Assembly (NCBI GenBank): GCA_040954595.2
Contig: CM082586.2
Location: 7,657,337 to 7,721,336, forward strand
Source: Balanoglossus misakiensis
Lineage: Eukaryota; Animalia; Hemichordata
Reading direction: 5' to 3'
Length of the DNA stretch: 64,000 nucleotides
Under the pieces are notes generated by a model. That model was not told the origin of the DNA, made no database searches, and saw nothing but the letters and a program-made list of their open reading frames with translations. This document shows, piece after piece, positions 12,993 through 27,900 of the stretch. The position numbers were made by a program, and so were the translations under genes. Positions within the stretch are counted from its first letter, which is position 1. The number at the start of each line of letters is the position of its first letter.

Positions 12993-15900
12993 TGACAATT
13001 TTTCGACTTTGGGAATTTTCAAAATTGGGCCATTTTTCACGGAAAACCATGGGTTATAGCTCATGAAAATCATCAAAAAAAATGACAATTTTTCGACTTT
13101 GCGAATTTTCAAAATTTGTCCATTTTTTCACAAAGAATCATGGGTTATAGCTCATGAAAATCATCAAAGAATGACAATTTTTCGACATTGCGAATTTTCA
13201 AAATTTAGCCATTTTTCACAAAAAGCATGGGTTATAGCTCATGAAAATCATCAAAGAATGACAATTTTTCGACTTTGCGAATTTTCAAAATTTGGCCATT
13301 TTTCACAAAAAATGATGAGTTATAGCTCATGAAAATCACAAAGAATGACAATTTTTCGACTTTGCGAATTTTCAAAATTTGGCCATTTTTCACAAAAAAT
13401 CATGGGTTATAGCTCATGAAAATCATCAAAGAATGACAATTTTTCGACTTTGCGAATTTTCAAAATTTGGCCATTTTTCACAAAAAATCATGGGTTATAC
13501 ATGTAGCTCATGAAAATCATCAAAGAATGACAATTTTTCGACATTGCGAATTTTCAAAATTTTGCCATTTTTCACAAAAAATCATGGGTTATAGCTCATG
13601 AAAATCATCAAAGAATGACAATTTTTCGACTTTGGGAATTTTCAAAATTGGGCCATTTTTCACGGAAAACCATGGGTTATAGCTCATGAAAATCATCAAA
13701 GAATGACAATTTTTCGACTTTGCGAATTTTCAAAATTTGGCCATTTTTCACAAAAAATCATGGGTTATAGCTCATGAAAATCATCAAAGAATGACAATTT
13801 TCCGACTTTGAGAATTTTCAAAATTGGACCATTTTTCACGGAAAACCATGGGTTATAGCTCATGAAAATCATCAAAAAATGACAATTTTTCGACTTTGCG
13901 AATTTTCAATATTTGGACATTTTTCACAAAAAATCATGGGTTATAGCTCATGAAAATCATCAAAGAATGACAATTTTTCGACTTTGGGAATTTTCAAAAT
14001 TGGGCCATTTTTCACGGAAAACCATGGGTTATAGCTCATGAAAATCATCAAAGAATGACAATTTTTCGACTTTGCGAATTTTCAAAATTTGGCCATTTTT
14101 CACAAAAAATCATGGGTTATAGCTCATGAAAATCATCAAAGAATGACAATTTTTCGACTTTGCGAATTTTCAAAATTTGGCCATTTTTCACAAAAAATCA
14201 TGGGTTATACATGTAGCTCATGAAAATCATCAAAGAATGACAATTTTTCGACATTGCGAATTTTCAAAATTTTGCCATTTTTCACAAAAAATCATGGGTT
14301 ATAGCTCATGAAAATCATCAAAGAATGACAATTTTTCGACTTTGGGAATTTTCAAAATTGGGCCATTTTTCACGGAAAACCATGGGTTATAGCTCATGAA
14401 AATCATCAAAGAATGACAATTTTTCGACTTTGCGAATTTTCAAAATTTGGCCATTTTTCACAAAAAATCATGGGTTATAGCTCATGAAAATCATCAAAGA
14501 ATGACAATTTTCCGACTTTGAGAATTTTCAAAATTGGACCATTTTTCACGGAAAACCATGGGTTATAGCTCATGAAAATCATCAAAAAATGACAATTTTT
14601 CGACTTTGCGAATTTTCAATATTTGGACATTTTTCACAAAAAATCATGGGTTATAGCTCATGAAAATCATCAAAGAATGACAATTTTTCGACTTTGGGAA
14701 TTTTCAAAATTGGGCCATTTTTCACGGAAAACCATGGGTTATAGCTCATGAAAATCATCAAAAAATGACAATTTTTCGACTTTGCGAATTTTCAAAATTT
14801 GGCCATTTTTCACAAAAAATGATGAGTTATAGCTCATGAAAATCACAAAGAATGACAATTTTTCGACTTTGGGAATTTTCAAAATTGGGCCATTTTTCAC
14901 GGAAAACCATGGGTTATAGCTCATGAAAATCATCAAAAAATGACAATTTTTCGACATTGCGAATTTTCAAAATTTGGCCATTTTTCACAAAAAATCATGG
15001 GTTATAGCTCATGAAAATCATCAAAGAATGACAATTTTTCGACTTTGGGAATTTTCAAAATTGGGCCATTTTTCACGGAAAACCATGGGTTATAGCTCAT
15101 GAAAATCATCAAAGAATGACAATTTTTCGACTTTGCGAATTTTCAAAATTTGGCCAATTTTCACAAAAAATCATGGGTTATAGCTCATGAAAATCATCAA
15201 AGAATGACAATTTTCCGACTTTGAGAATTTTCAAAATTGGACCATTTTTCACGGAAAACCATGGGTTATAGCTCATGAAAATCATCAAAAAATGACAATT
15301 TTTCGACTTTGCGAATTTTCAATATTTGGCCATTTTTCACAAAAAATCATGGGTTATAGCTCATGAAAATCATCAAAGAATGACAATTTTTCGACTTTGG
15401 GAATTTTCAAAATTGGGCCATTTTTCACGGAAAACCATGGGTTATAGCTCATGAAAATCATCAAAAAATGACAATTTTTCGACTTTGCGAATTTTCAAAA
15501 TTTGGCCATTTTTCACAAAAAATGATGAGTTATAGCTCATGAAAATCACAAAGAATGACAATTTTTCGACTTTGGGAATTTTCAAAATTGGGCCATTTTT
15601 CACGGAAAACCATGGGTTATAGCTCATGAAAATCATCAAAAAATGACAATTTTTCGACTTTGCTAATTATCAAAATTTGGCCATTTTTCACAAAAAATCA
15701 TGGGTTATAGCTCATGAAAATCATCAAAGAATGACAATTTTTCGACATTGCGAATTTTCAAAATTTGGCCATTTTTAACAAAAAATCATGGGTTATAGCT
15801 CATGAAAATCATCAAAGAATGACAATTTTTCGACATTGCGAATTTTCAAAATTTGTCCATTTTTAACAAAAAATCATGGGTTATAGCTCATGAAAATCAT

Positions 15901-18900
15901 CAAAGAATGACAATTTTTCGACATTGCGAATTTTCAAAATTTTGCCATTTTTCACAAAAAATCATGGGTTATAGCTCATGAAAATCATCAAAAAATGACA
16001 ATTTTTCGACTTTGCGAACTTTCAAAATTTGGCCATTTTTCACAAAAAATCATGGGTTATAGCTCATGAAAATCATCAAAGAATGACAATTTTTCGACTT
16101 TGGGAATTTTCAAAATTGGGCCATTTTTCACGAAAAACCATGGGTTATAGCTCATGAAAATCATCAAAAAATGACAATTTTTCGACTTTGCGAATTTTCA
16201 AAATTTGGCCATTTTTCACAAAGAATCATGGGTTATAGCTCATGAAAATCATCAAAGAATGACAATTTTTCGACATTGCGAATTTTCAAAATTTGGCCAT
16301 TTTTCACAAAAAGCATGGGTTATAGCTCATGAAAATCATCAAAGAATGACAATTTTTCGACTTTGCGAATTTTCAAAATTTGGCCATTTTTCACAAAAAA
16401 TCATGGGTTATAGCTCATGAAAATCATCAAAGAATGACAATTTTTCGACTTTGCGAATTTTCAAAATTTGGCCATTTTTCACAAAAAATTATGGGTTATA
16501 GCTCATGAAAATCATCAAAGAATGACAATTTTTCGACTTTGGGAATTTTCAAAATTGGGCCATTTTTCACGGAAAACCATGGGTTATAGCTCATGAAAAT
16601 CATCAAAGAATGACAATTTTTCGACTTTGCGAATTTTCAAAATTTGGCCATTTTTCACAAAAAATCATGGGTTATAGCTCATGAAAATCATCAAAAAATG
16701 ACAATTTTTCGACTTTGCGAACTTTCAAAATTTGGCCATTTTTCAAAAAAAATCATGGGTTATAGCTCATGAAAATCATCAAAAAATGACAATTTTCGAC
16801 TTTGGGAATTTTCAAAATTTGGCCATTTTTCACAAAAAATCATGGGTTATAGCTCATGAAAATCATCAACGAATGACAATTTTTCGACTTTGCGAATTTT
16901 CAAAATTTGGCCATTTTTCACAAAAAATCATGGGTTATAGCTCATGAAAATCATCAAAGAATGACAATTTTTCGACTTTGGGAATTTTCAAAATTCGGCC
17001 ATTTTTCACGAAAAACCATGGGTTATAGCTCATGAAAATCATCAAAAAATGACAATTTTTCGACTTTGCGAATTTTCAAAATTTGGCCATTTTTCACAAA
17101 GAATCATGGGTTATAGCTCATGAAAATCATCAAAGAATGACAATTTTTCGACATTGCGAATTTTCAAAATTTGGCAATTTTTCACAAAAAGCATGGGTTA
17201 TAGCTCATGAAAATCATCAAAGAATGACAATTTTTCGACTTTGCGAATTTTCAAAATTTGGCCATTTTTCACAAAAAATCATGGGTTATAGCTCATGAAA
17301 ATCATCAAAGAATGACAATTTTTCGACATTGCGAATTTTCAAAATTTGGCCATTTTTCACGGAAAATCATGGGTTATAGCTCATGAAAATCATCAAAGAA
17401 TGACAATTTTTCGACTTTGCGAATTTTCAAAATTTGGCCATTTTTCAAAAAAAATAATGGGTTATAGCTCATGAAAATCATCAAAGAATGACAATTTTTC
17501 GACTTTGCGAATTTTCAAAATTTGGCCATTTTTCACAAAAAATCATGGGTTATAGCTCATGAAAATCATCAAAGAATGACAATTTTTCGACATTGCGAAT
17601 TTTCAAAATTTGGCCATTTTTCACGGAAAATCATGGGTTATAGCTCATGAAAATCATCAAAAAATGACAATTTTTCGACTTTGCGAACTTTCAAAATTTG
17701 GCTATTTTTCACAAAAAATCATGGGTCATAGCTCATGAAAATCATCAAAAAATGACAATTTTCGACTTTGGGAATTTTCAAAATTTGGCCATTTTTCACA
17801 AAAAATCATGGGTTATAGCTCATGAAAATCATCAAAGAATGACAATTTTTCGACTTTGCGAATTTTCAAAATTTGGCCAATTTTCACAAAAAATCATGGG
17901 TTATAGCTCATGAAAATCATCAAAGAATGACAATTTTCCGACTTTGAGAATTTTCAAAATTTGGCCATTTTTCACGGAAAATCATGGGTTATAGCTCATG
18001 AAAATCATCAAAAAATGACAATTTTTCGACTTTGCGAACTTTCAAAATTTGGCTATTTTTCACAAAAAATCATGGGTCATAGCTCATGAAAATCATCAAA
18101 AAATGACAATTTTCGACTTTGGGAATTTTCAAAATTTGGCCATTTTTCACAAAAAATCATGGGTTATAGCTCATGAAAATCATCAAAGAATGACAATTTT
18201 TCGACTTTGCGAATTTTCAAAATTTGGCGATTTTTCACAAAAAATCATGGGTTATAGCTCATGAAAGTCATCAAAGAATGACAATTTTTCGACTTTGCGA
18301 ATTTTCAAAATTTGGCCATTTTTCAAAAAAAATAATGGGTTATAGCTCATGAAAATCATCAAAGAATGACAATTTTTCGACTTTGCGAATTTTCAAAATT
18401 TGGCCATTTTTCACAAAAAATCATGGGTTATAGCTCATGAAAATCATCAAAGAATGACAATTTTTCGACATTGCGAATTTTCAAAATTTGGCCATTTTTC
18501 AAAAAAAATAATGGGTTATAGCTCATGAAAATCATCAAAGAATGACAATTTTTCGACTTTGCGAATTTTCAAAATTTGGCCATTTTTCACAAAGAATCAT
18601 GGGTTATAGCTCATGAAAATCATCAAAGAATGACAATTTTTCGACATTGCGAATTTTCAAAATTTGGCCATTTTTCACAAAAAATCATGGGTCATAGCTC
18701 ATGAAAATCATCAAAAAATGACAATTTTCGACTTTGCGAATTTTCAAAATTTGGCCATTTTTCAAAAAAAATAATGGGTTATAGCTCATGAAAATCATCA
18801 AAGAATGACAATTTTTCGACTTTGCGAATTTTCAAAATTTGGCCATTTTTCACAAAAAATCATGGGTTATAGCTCATGAAAATCATCAAAGAATGACAAT

Positions 18901-21900
18901 TTTTCGACATTGCGAATTTTCAAAATTTGGCCATTTTTCACGGAAAATCATGGGTTATAGCTCATGAAAATCATCAAAGAATGACAATTTTTCGACTTTG
19001 GGAATTTTCAAAATTTGGCCATTTTTCACGAAAAACCATGGGTTATAGCTCATGAAAATCATCAAAAAATGACAAATTTTCGACTTTGCGAATTTTCAAA
19101 ATTTGGCCATTTTTCACAAAGAATCATGGGTTATAGCTCATGAAAATCATCAAAGAATGACAATTTTTCGACATTGCGAATTTTCAAAATTTGGCCATTT
19201 TTCAAAAAAAATAATGGGTTATAGCTCATGAAAATCATCAAAGAATGACAATTTTTCGACTTTGCGAATTTTCAAAATTTGGCCATTTTTCACAAAAAAT
19301 CATGGGTTATAGCTCATGAAAATCATCAAAAAATGACAATTTTCGACTTTGGGAATTTTCAAAATTTGGCCATTTTTCACAAAAAATCATGGGTTATAGC
19401 TCATGAAAATCATCAAAGAATGACAATTTTTCGACTTTGCGAATTTTCAAAATTTGGCCATTTTTCACAAAAAATCATGGGTTATAGCTCATGAAAATCA
19501 TCAAAGAATGACAATTTTTCGACTTTGGGAATTTTCAAAATTGGGCCATTTTTCACGAAAAACCATGGATTATAGCTCATGAAAATCATCAAAGAATGAC
19601 AATTTTTCGACATTGCGAATTTTCAAAATTTGGCCATTTTTCACAAAAAGCATGGGTTATAGCTCATGAAAATCACCAAAGAATGACAATTTTTCGACTT
19701 TGCGAATTTTCAAAATTTGGCCATTTTTCACAAAAAATCATGGGTTATAGCTCATGAAAATCATCAAAGAATGACAATTTTTCGACATTGCGAATTTTCA
19801 AAATTTGGCCATTTTTCACGGAAAATCATGGGTTATAGCTCATGAAAATCATCAAAGAATGACAATTTTTCGACTTTGCGAATTTTCAAAATTTGGCCAT
19901 TTTTCAAAAAAAATAATGGGTTATAGCTCATGAAAATCATCAAAGAATGACAATTTTTCGACATTGCGAATTTTCAAAATTTGGCCATTTTTCACAAAAA
20001 ATCATGGGTTATAGCTCATGAAAATCATCAAAGAATGACAATTTTTCGACATTGCGAATTTTCAAAATTTGGCCATTTTTCACGGAAAATCATGGGTTAT
20101 AGCTCATGAAAATCATCAAAAAATGACAATTTTTCGACTTTGCGAACTTTCAAACTTTGGCTATTTTTCACAAAAAATCATGGGTCATAGCTCATGAAAA
20201 TCATCAAAAAATGACAATTTTCGACTTTGGGAATTTTCAAAATTTGGCCCTTTTTCACAAAAAATCATGGGTTATAGCTCATGAAAATCATCAAAGAATG
20301 ACAATTTTTCGACTTTGGGAATTTTCAAAATTGGGCCATTTTCCACGAAAAACCATGGGTTATATAGCTCATGACAATCATCAAAAAATGACAAATTTTC
20401 GACTTTGCGAATTTTCAAAATTTGGCCATTTTTCACAAAGAATCATGGGTTATAGCTCATGAAAATCATCAAAGAATGACAATTTTTCGACATTGCGAAT
20501 TTTCAAAATTTGGCCATTTTTCACAAAAAGCATGGGTTATAGCTCATGAAAATCATCAAAGAATGACAATTTTTCGACTTTGCGAATTTTCAAAATTTGG
20601 CCATTTTTCACAAAAAATCATGGGTTATAGCTCATGAAAATCATCAAAGAATGACAATTTTTCGACATTGCGAATTTTCAAAATTTGGCCATTTTTCACG
20701 GAAAATCATGGGTTATAGCTCATGAAAATCATCAAAAAATGACAATTTTTCGACTTTGCGAACTTTCAAAATTTGGCTATTTTTCACAAAAAATCATGGG
20801 TCATAGCTCATGAAAATCATCAAAAAATGACAATTTTCGACTTTGGGAATTTTCAAAATTTGGCCATTTTTCACAAAAAATCATGGGTTATAGCTCATGA
20901 AAATCATCAAAGAATGACAATTTTTCGACTTTGCGAATTTTCAAAATTTGGCGATTTTTCACAAAAAATCATGGGTTATAGCTCATGAAAGTCATCAAAG
21001 AATGACAATTTTTCGACTTTGCGAATTTTCAAAATTTGGCCATTTTTCAAAAAAAATAATGGGTTATAGCTCATGAAAATCATCAAAGAATGACAATTTT
21101 TCGACTTTGCGAATTTTCAAAATTTGGCCATTTTTCACAAAAAATCATGGGTTATAGCTCATGAAAATCATCAAAGAATGACAATTTTTCGACATTGCGA
21201 ATTTTCAAAATTTGGCCATTTTTCAAAAAAAATAATGGGTTATAGCTCATGAAAATCATCAAAGAATGACAATTTTTCGACTTTGCGAATTTTCAAAATT
21301 TGGCCATTTTTCACAAAGAATCATGGGTTATAGCTCATGAAAATCATCAAAGAATGACAATTTTTCGACATTGCGAATTTTCAAAATTTGGCCATTTTTC
21401 ACAAAAAATCATGGGTCATAGCTCATGAAAATCATCAAAAAATGACAATTTTCGACTTTGCGAATTTTCAAAATTTGGCCATTTTTCAAAAAAAATAATG
21501 GGTTATAGCTCATGAAAATCATCAAAGAATGACAATTTTTCGACTTTGCGAATTTTCAAAATTTGGCCATTTTTCACAAAGAATCATGGGTTATAGCTCA
21601 TGAAAATCATCAAAGAATGACAATTTTTCGACATTGCGAATTTTCAAAATTTGGCCATTTTTCACAAAAAATCATGGGTCATAGCTCATGAAAATCATCA
21701 AAAAATGACAATTTTCGACTTTGCGAATTTTCAAAATTTGGCCATTTTTCAAAAAAAATAATGGGTTATAGCTCATGAAAATCATCAAAGAATGACAATT
21801 TTTCGACTTTGCGAATTTTCAAAATTTGGCCATTTTTCACAAAAAATCATGGGTTATAGCTCATGAAAATCATCAAAGAATGACAATTTTTCGACATTGC

Positions 21901-24900
21901 GAATTTTCAAAATTTGGCCATTTTTCACAAAGAATCATGGGTTATAGCTCATGAAAATCATCAAAGAATGACAATTTTTCGACATTGCGAATTTTCAAAA
22001 TTTGGCCATTTTTCAAAAAAAATAATGGGTTATAGCTCATGAAAATCATCAAAGAATGACAATTTTTCGACTTTGCGAATTTTCAAAATTTGGCCATTTT
22101 TCACAAAAAATCATGGGTTATAGCTCATGAAAATCATCAAAGAATGACAATTTTTCGACATTGCGAATTTTCAAAATTTGGCCATTTTTCACGGAAAATC
22201 ATGGGTTATAGCTCATGAAAATCATCAAAAAATGACAATTTTTCGACTTTGCGAACTTTCAAAATTTGGCTATTTTTCACAAAAAATCATGGGTCATAGC
22301 TCATGAAAATCATCAAAAAATGACAATTTTCGACTTTGGGAATTTTCAAAATTTGGCCATTTTTCACAAAAAATCATGGGTTATAGCTCATGAAAATCAT
22401 CAAAGAATGACAATTTTTCGACTTTGCGAATTTTCAAAATTTGGCCATTTTTCACAAAAAATCATGGGTTATAGCTCATGAAAATCATCAAAGAATGACA
22501 ATTTTTCGACTTTGGGAATTTTCAAAATTGGGCCATTTTTCACGAAAAACCATGGATTATAGCTCATGAAAATCATCAAAAAATGACAAATTTTCGACTT
22601 TGCGAATTTTCAAAATTTGGCCATTTTTCACAAAGAATCATGGGTTATAGCTCATGAAAATCATCAAAGAATGACAATTTTTCGACATTGCGAATTTTCA
22701 AAATTTGGCCATTTTTCACAAAGAATCATGGGTTATAGCTCATGAAAATCATCAAAGAATGACAATTTTTCGACTTTGCGAATTTTCAAAATTTGGCCAT
22801 TTTTCACAAAGAATCATGGGTTATAGCTCATGAAAATCATCAAAGAATGACAATTTTTCGACATTGCGAATTTTCAAAATTTGGCCATTTTTCACAAAAA
22901 ATCATGGGTCATAGCTCATGAAAATCATCAAAAAATGACAATTTTCGACTTTGCGAATTTTCAAAATTTGGCCATTTTTCAAAAAAAATAATGGGTTATA
23001 GCTCATGAAAATCATCAAAGAATGACAATTTTTCGACTTTGCGAATTTTCAAAATTTGGCCATTTTTCACAAAAAATCATGGGTTATAGCTCATGAAAAT
23101 CATCAAAGAATGACAATTTTTCGACATTGCGAATTTTCAAAATTTGGCCATTTTTCACGGAAAATCATGGGTTATAGCTCATGAAAATCATCAAAAAATG
23201 ACAATTTTTCGACTTTGCGAACTTTCAAAATTTGGCTATTTTTCACAAAAAATCATGGGTCATAGCTCATGAAAATCATCAAAAAATGACAATTTTCGAC
23301 TTTGGGAATTTTCAAAATTTGGCCATTTTTCACAAAAATCATGGGTTATAGCTCATGAAAATCATCAAAGAATGACAATTTTTCGACTTTGCGAATTTTC
23401 AAAATTTGGCCATTTTTCACAAAAAATCATGGGTTATAGCTCATGAAAATCATCAAAGAATGACAATTTTTCGACTTTGGGAATTTTCAAAATTGGGCCA
23501 TTTTTCACGAAAAACCATGGGTTATAGCTCATGAAAATCATCAAAAAATGACAAATTTTCGACTTTGCGAATTTTCAAAATTTGGCCATTTTTCACAAAG
23601 AATCATGGGTTATAGCTCATGAAAATCATCAAAGAATGACAATTTTTCGACATTGCGAATTTTCAAAATTTGGCCATTTTTCACAAAGAATCATGGGTTA
23701 TAGCTCATGAAAATCATCAAAGAATGACAATTTTTCGACTTTGGGAATTTTCAAAATTGGGCCATTTTTCACGAAAAACCATGGATTATAGCTCATGAAA
23801 ATCATCAAAAAATGACAAATTTTCGACTTTGCGAATTTTCAAAATTTGGCCATTTTTCACAAAGAATCATGGGTTATAGCTCATGAAAATCATCAAAGAA
23901 TGACAATTTTTCGACATTGCGAATTTTCAAAATTTGGCCATTTTTCTCAAAGAATCATGGGTTATAGCTCATGAAAATCATCAAAAAATGACAATTTTCG
24001 ACTTTCCGAATTTTCAAAATTTGGCCATTTTTCACAAAGAATCATGGGTTATAGCTCATGAAAATCATCAAAGAATGACAATTTTTCGACATTGCGAATT
24101 TTCAAAATTTGGCCATTTTTCACAAAAAATCATGGGTTATAGCTCATGAAAATCATCAAAAAATGACAATTTTCGACTTTGCGAATTTTCAAAATTTGGC
24201 CATTTTTCACAAAAAATCATGGGTCATAGCTCATGAAAATCATCAAAAAATGATAATTTTCGACTTTGCGAATTTTCAAAATTTGGCCATTTTTCAAAAA
24301 AAATAATGGGTTATAGCTCATGAAAATCATCAAAGAATGACAATTTTTCGACTTTGCGAATTTTCAAAATTTGGCCATTTTTCACAAAAAATCATGGGTT
24401 ATAGCTCATGAAAATCATCAAAGAATGACAATTTTTCGACATTGCGAATTTTCAAAATTTGGCCATTTTTCACGGAAAATCATGGGTTATAGCTCATGAA
24501 AATCATCAAAAAATGACAATTTTTCGACTTTGCGAACTTTCAAAATTTGGCTATTTTTCACAAAAAATCATGGGTCATAGCTCATGAAAATCATCAAAAA
24601 ATGACAATTTTCGACTTTGGGAATTTTCAAAATTTGGCCATTTTTCACAAAAAATCATGGGTTATAGCTCATGAAAATCATCAAAGAATGACAATTTTTT
24701 GACTTTGCGAATTTTCAAAATTTGGCCATTTTTCACAAAAAATCATGGGTTATAGCTCATGAAAATCATCAAAGAATGACAATTTTTCGACTTTGGGAAT
24801 TTTCAAAATTGGGCCATTTTTCACGAAAAACCATGGGTTATAGCTCATGAAAATCATCAAAAAATGACAAATTTTCGACTTTGCGAATTTTCAAAATTTG

Positions 24901-27900
24901 GCCATTTTTCACAAAGAATCATGGGTTATAGCTCATGAAAATCATCAAAGAATGACAATTTTTCGACATTGCGAATTTTCAAAATTTGGCCATTTTTCAC
25001 AAAGAATCATGGGTTATAGCTCATGAAAATCATCAAAGAATGACAATTTTTCGACTTTGGGAATTTTCAAAATTGGGCCATTTTTCACGAAAAACCATGG
25101 ATTATAGCTCATGAAAATCATCAAAAAATGACAAATTTTCGACTTTGCGAATTTTCAAAATTTGGCCATTTTTCACAAAGAATCATGGGTTATAGCTCAT
25201 GAAAATCATCAAAGAATGACAATTTTTCGACATTGCGAATTTTCAAAATTTGGCCATTTTTCTCAAAGAATCATGGGTTATAGCTCATGAAAATCATCAA
25301 AGAATGACAATTTTTCGACTTTGCGAATTTTCAAAATTTGGCCATTTTTCACAAAGAATCATGGGTTATAGCTCATGAAAATCATCAAAGAATGACAATT
25401 TTTCGACATTGCGAATTTTCAAAATTTGGCCATTTTTCACAAAAAATCATGGGTCATAGCTCATGAAAATCATCAAAAAATGACAATTTTCGACTTTGCG
25501 AATTTTCAAAATTTGGCCATTTTTCAAAAAAAATAATGGGTTATAGCTTATGAAAATCATCAAAGAATGACAATTTTTCGACTTTGGGAATTTTCAAAAT
25601 TTGGCCATTTTTCACGAAAAATCATGGGTTATAGCTCATGAAAATCATCAAAGAATGACAATTTTTCGACTTTGCGAATTTTCAAAATTTGGCCATTTTT
25701 CACAAAAAATCATGGGTTATAGCTCATGAAAATCATCAAAGAATGACAATTTTTCGACTTTGGGAATTTTCAAAATTGGGCCATTTTTCACGAAAAACCA
25801 TGGGTTATAGCTCATGAAAATCATCAAAAAATGACAAATTTTCGACTTTGCGAATTTTCAAAATTTGGCCATTTTTCACAAAGAATCATGGGTTATAGCT
25901 CATGAAAATCATCAAAGAATGACAATTTTTCGACATTGCGAATTTTCAAAATTTGGCCATTTTTCACAAAGAATCATGGGTTATAGCTCATGAAAATCAT
26001 CAAAGAATGACAATTTTTCGACATTGCGAATTTTCAAAATTTGGCCATTTTTCACAAAAAGCATGGGTTATAGCTCATGAAAATCATCAAAGAATGACAA
26101 TTTTTCGACTTTGCGAATTTTCAAAATTTGGCCATTTTTCACAAAAAATCATGGGTTATAGCTCATGAAAATCATCAAAGAATGACAATTTTTCGACATT
26201 GCGAATTTTCAAAATTTGGCCATTTTTCACGGAAAATCATGGGTTATAGCTCATGAAAATCATCAAAAAATGACAATTTTTCGACTTTGCGAACTTTCAA
26301 AATTTGGCTATTTTTCACAAAAAATCATGGGTCATAGCTCATGAAAATCATCAAAAAATGACAATTTTCGACTTTGGGAATTTTCAAAATTTGGCCATTT
26401 TTCACAAAAAATCATGGGTTATAGCTCATGAAAATCATCAAAGAATGACAATTTTTCAACTTTGCGAATTTTCAAAATTTGGCCATTTTTCACAAAAAAT
26501 CATGGGTTATAGCTCATGAAAATCATCAAAGAATGACAATTTTTCGACTTTGCGAATTTTCAAAATTTGGCCATTTTTCAAAAAAAATAATGGGTTATAG
26601 CTCATGAAAATCATCAAAGAATGACAATTTTTCGACTTTGCGAATTTTCAAAATTTGGCCATTTTTCACAAAAAATCATGGGTTATAGCTCATGAAAATC
26701 ATCAAAGAATGACAATTTTTCGACATTGCGAATTTTCAAAATTTGGCCATTTTTCACAAAAAATCATGGGTTATAGCTCATGAAAATCATCAAAGAATGA
26801 CAATTTTTCGACTTTGCGAATTTTCAAAATTTGGCCATTTTTCACAAAAAATCATGGGTTATAGCTCATGAAAATCATCAAAGAATGACAATTTTTCGAC
26901 ATTGCGAATTTTCAAAATTTGGCCATTTTTCACAAAAAATCATGGGTTATAGCTCATGAAAATCATCAAAGAATGACAATTTTTCGACTTTGCGAATTTT
27001 CAAAATTTGGCCATTTTTCACGAAAAATCATGGGTTATAGCTCATGAAAATCATCAAAGAATGACAATTTTTCGACTTTGGGAATTTTCAAAATTGGGCC
27101 ATTTTTCACGAAAAACCATGGGTTATAGCTCATGAAAATCATCAAAAAATGACAATTTTTCGACTTTGCGAACTTTCAAAATTGGGCTATTTTTCACAAA
27201 AAATCATGGGTCATAGCTAATGAAAATCATCAAAAAATGACAATTTTCGACTTTGGGAATTTTCAAAATTTGGCCATTTTTCACAAAAAATCATGGGTTA
27301 TAGCTCATGAAAATCATCAAAGAATGACAATTTTTCGACTTTGCGAATTTTCAAAATTTGGCCATTTTTCACAAAAAATCATGGGTTATAGCTCATGAAA
27401 ATCATCAAAGAATGACAATTTTTCGACTTTGGGAATTTTCAAAATTTGGCCATTTTTCACAAAAAATCATGGGTTATAGCTCATGAAAATCATCAAAGAA
27501 TGACAATTTTTCGACTTTGCGAATTTTCAAAATTTGGCCATTTTTCACAAAAAATCATGGGTTATAGCTCATGAAAATCATCAAAGAATGACAATTTTTC
27601 GACTTTGGGAATTTTCAAAATTGGGCCATTTTTCACGAAAAACCATGGGTTATAGCTCATGAAAATCATCAAAGAATGACAATTTTTCGACTTTGCGAAT
27701 TTTCAAAATTGGGCTATTTTTCACAAAAAATCATGGGTCATAGCTAATGAAAGTCATCAAAAAATGACAATTTTTCGACTTTGCGAACTTTCAAAATTTG
27801 GCTATTTTTCACAAAAAATCATGGGTCATAGCTCATGAAAATCATCAAAAAATGACAATTTTTCGACTTTGCGAATTTTCAAAATTGGGCTATTTTTCAC

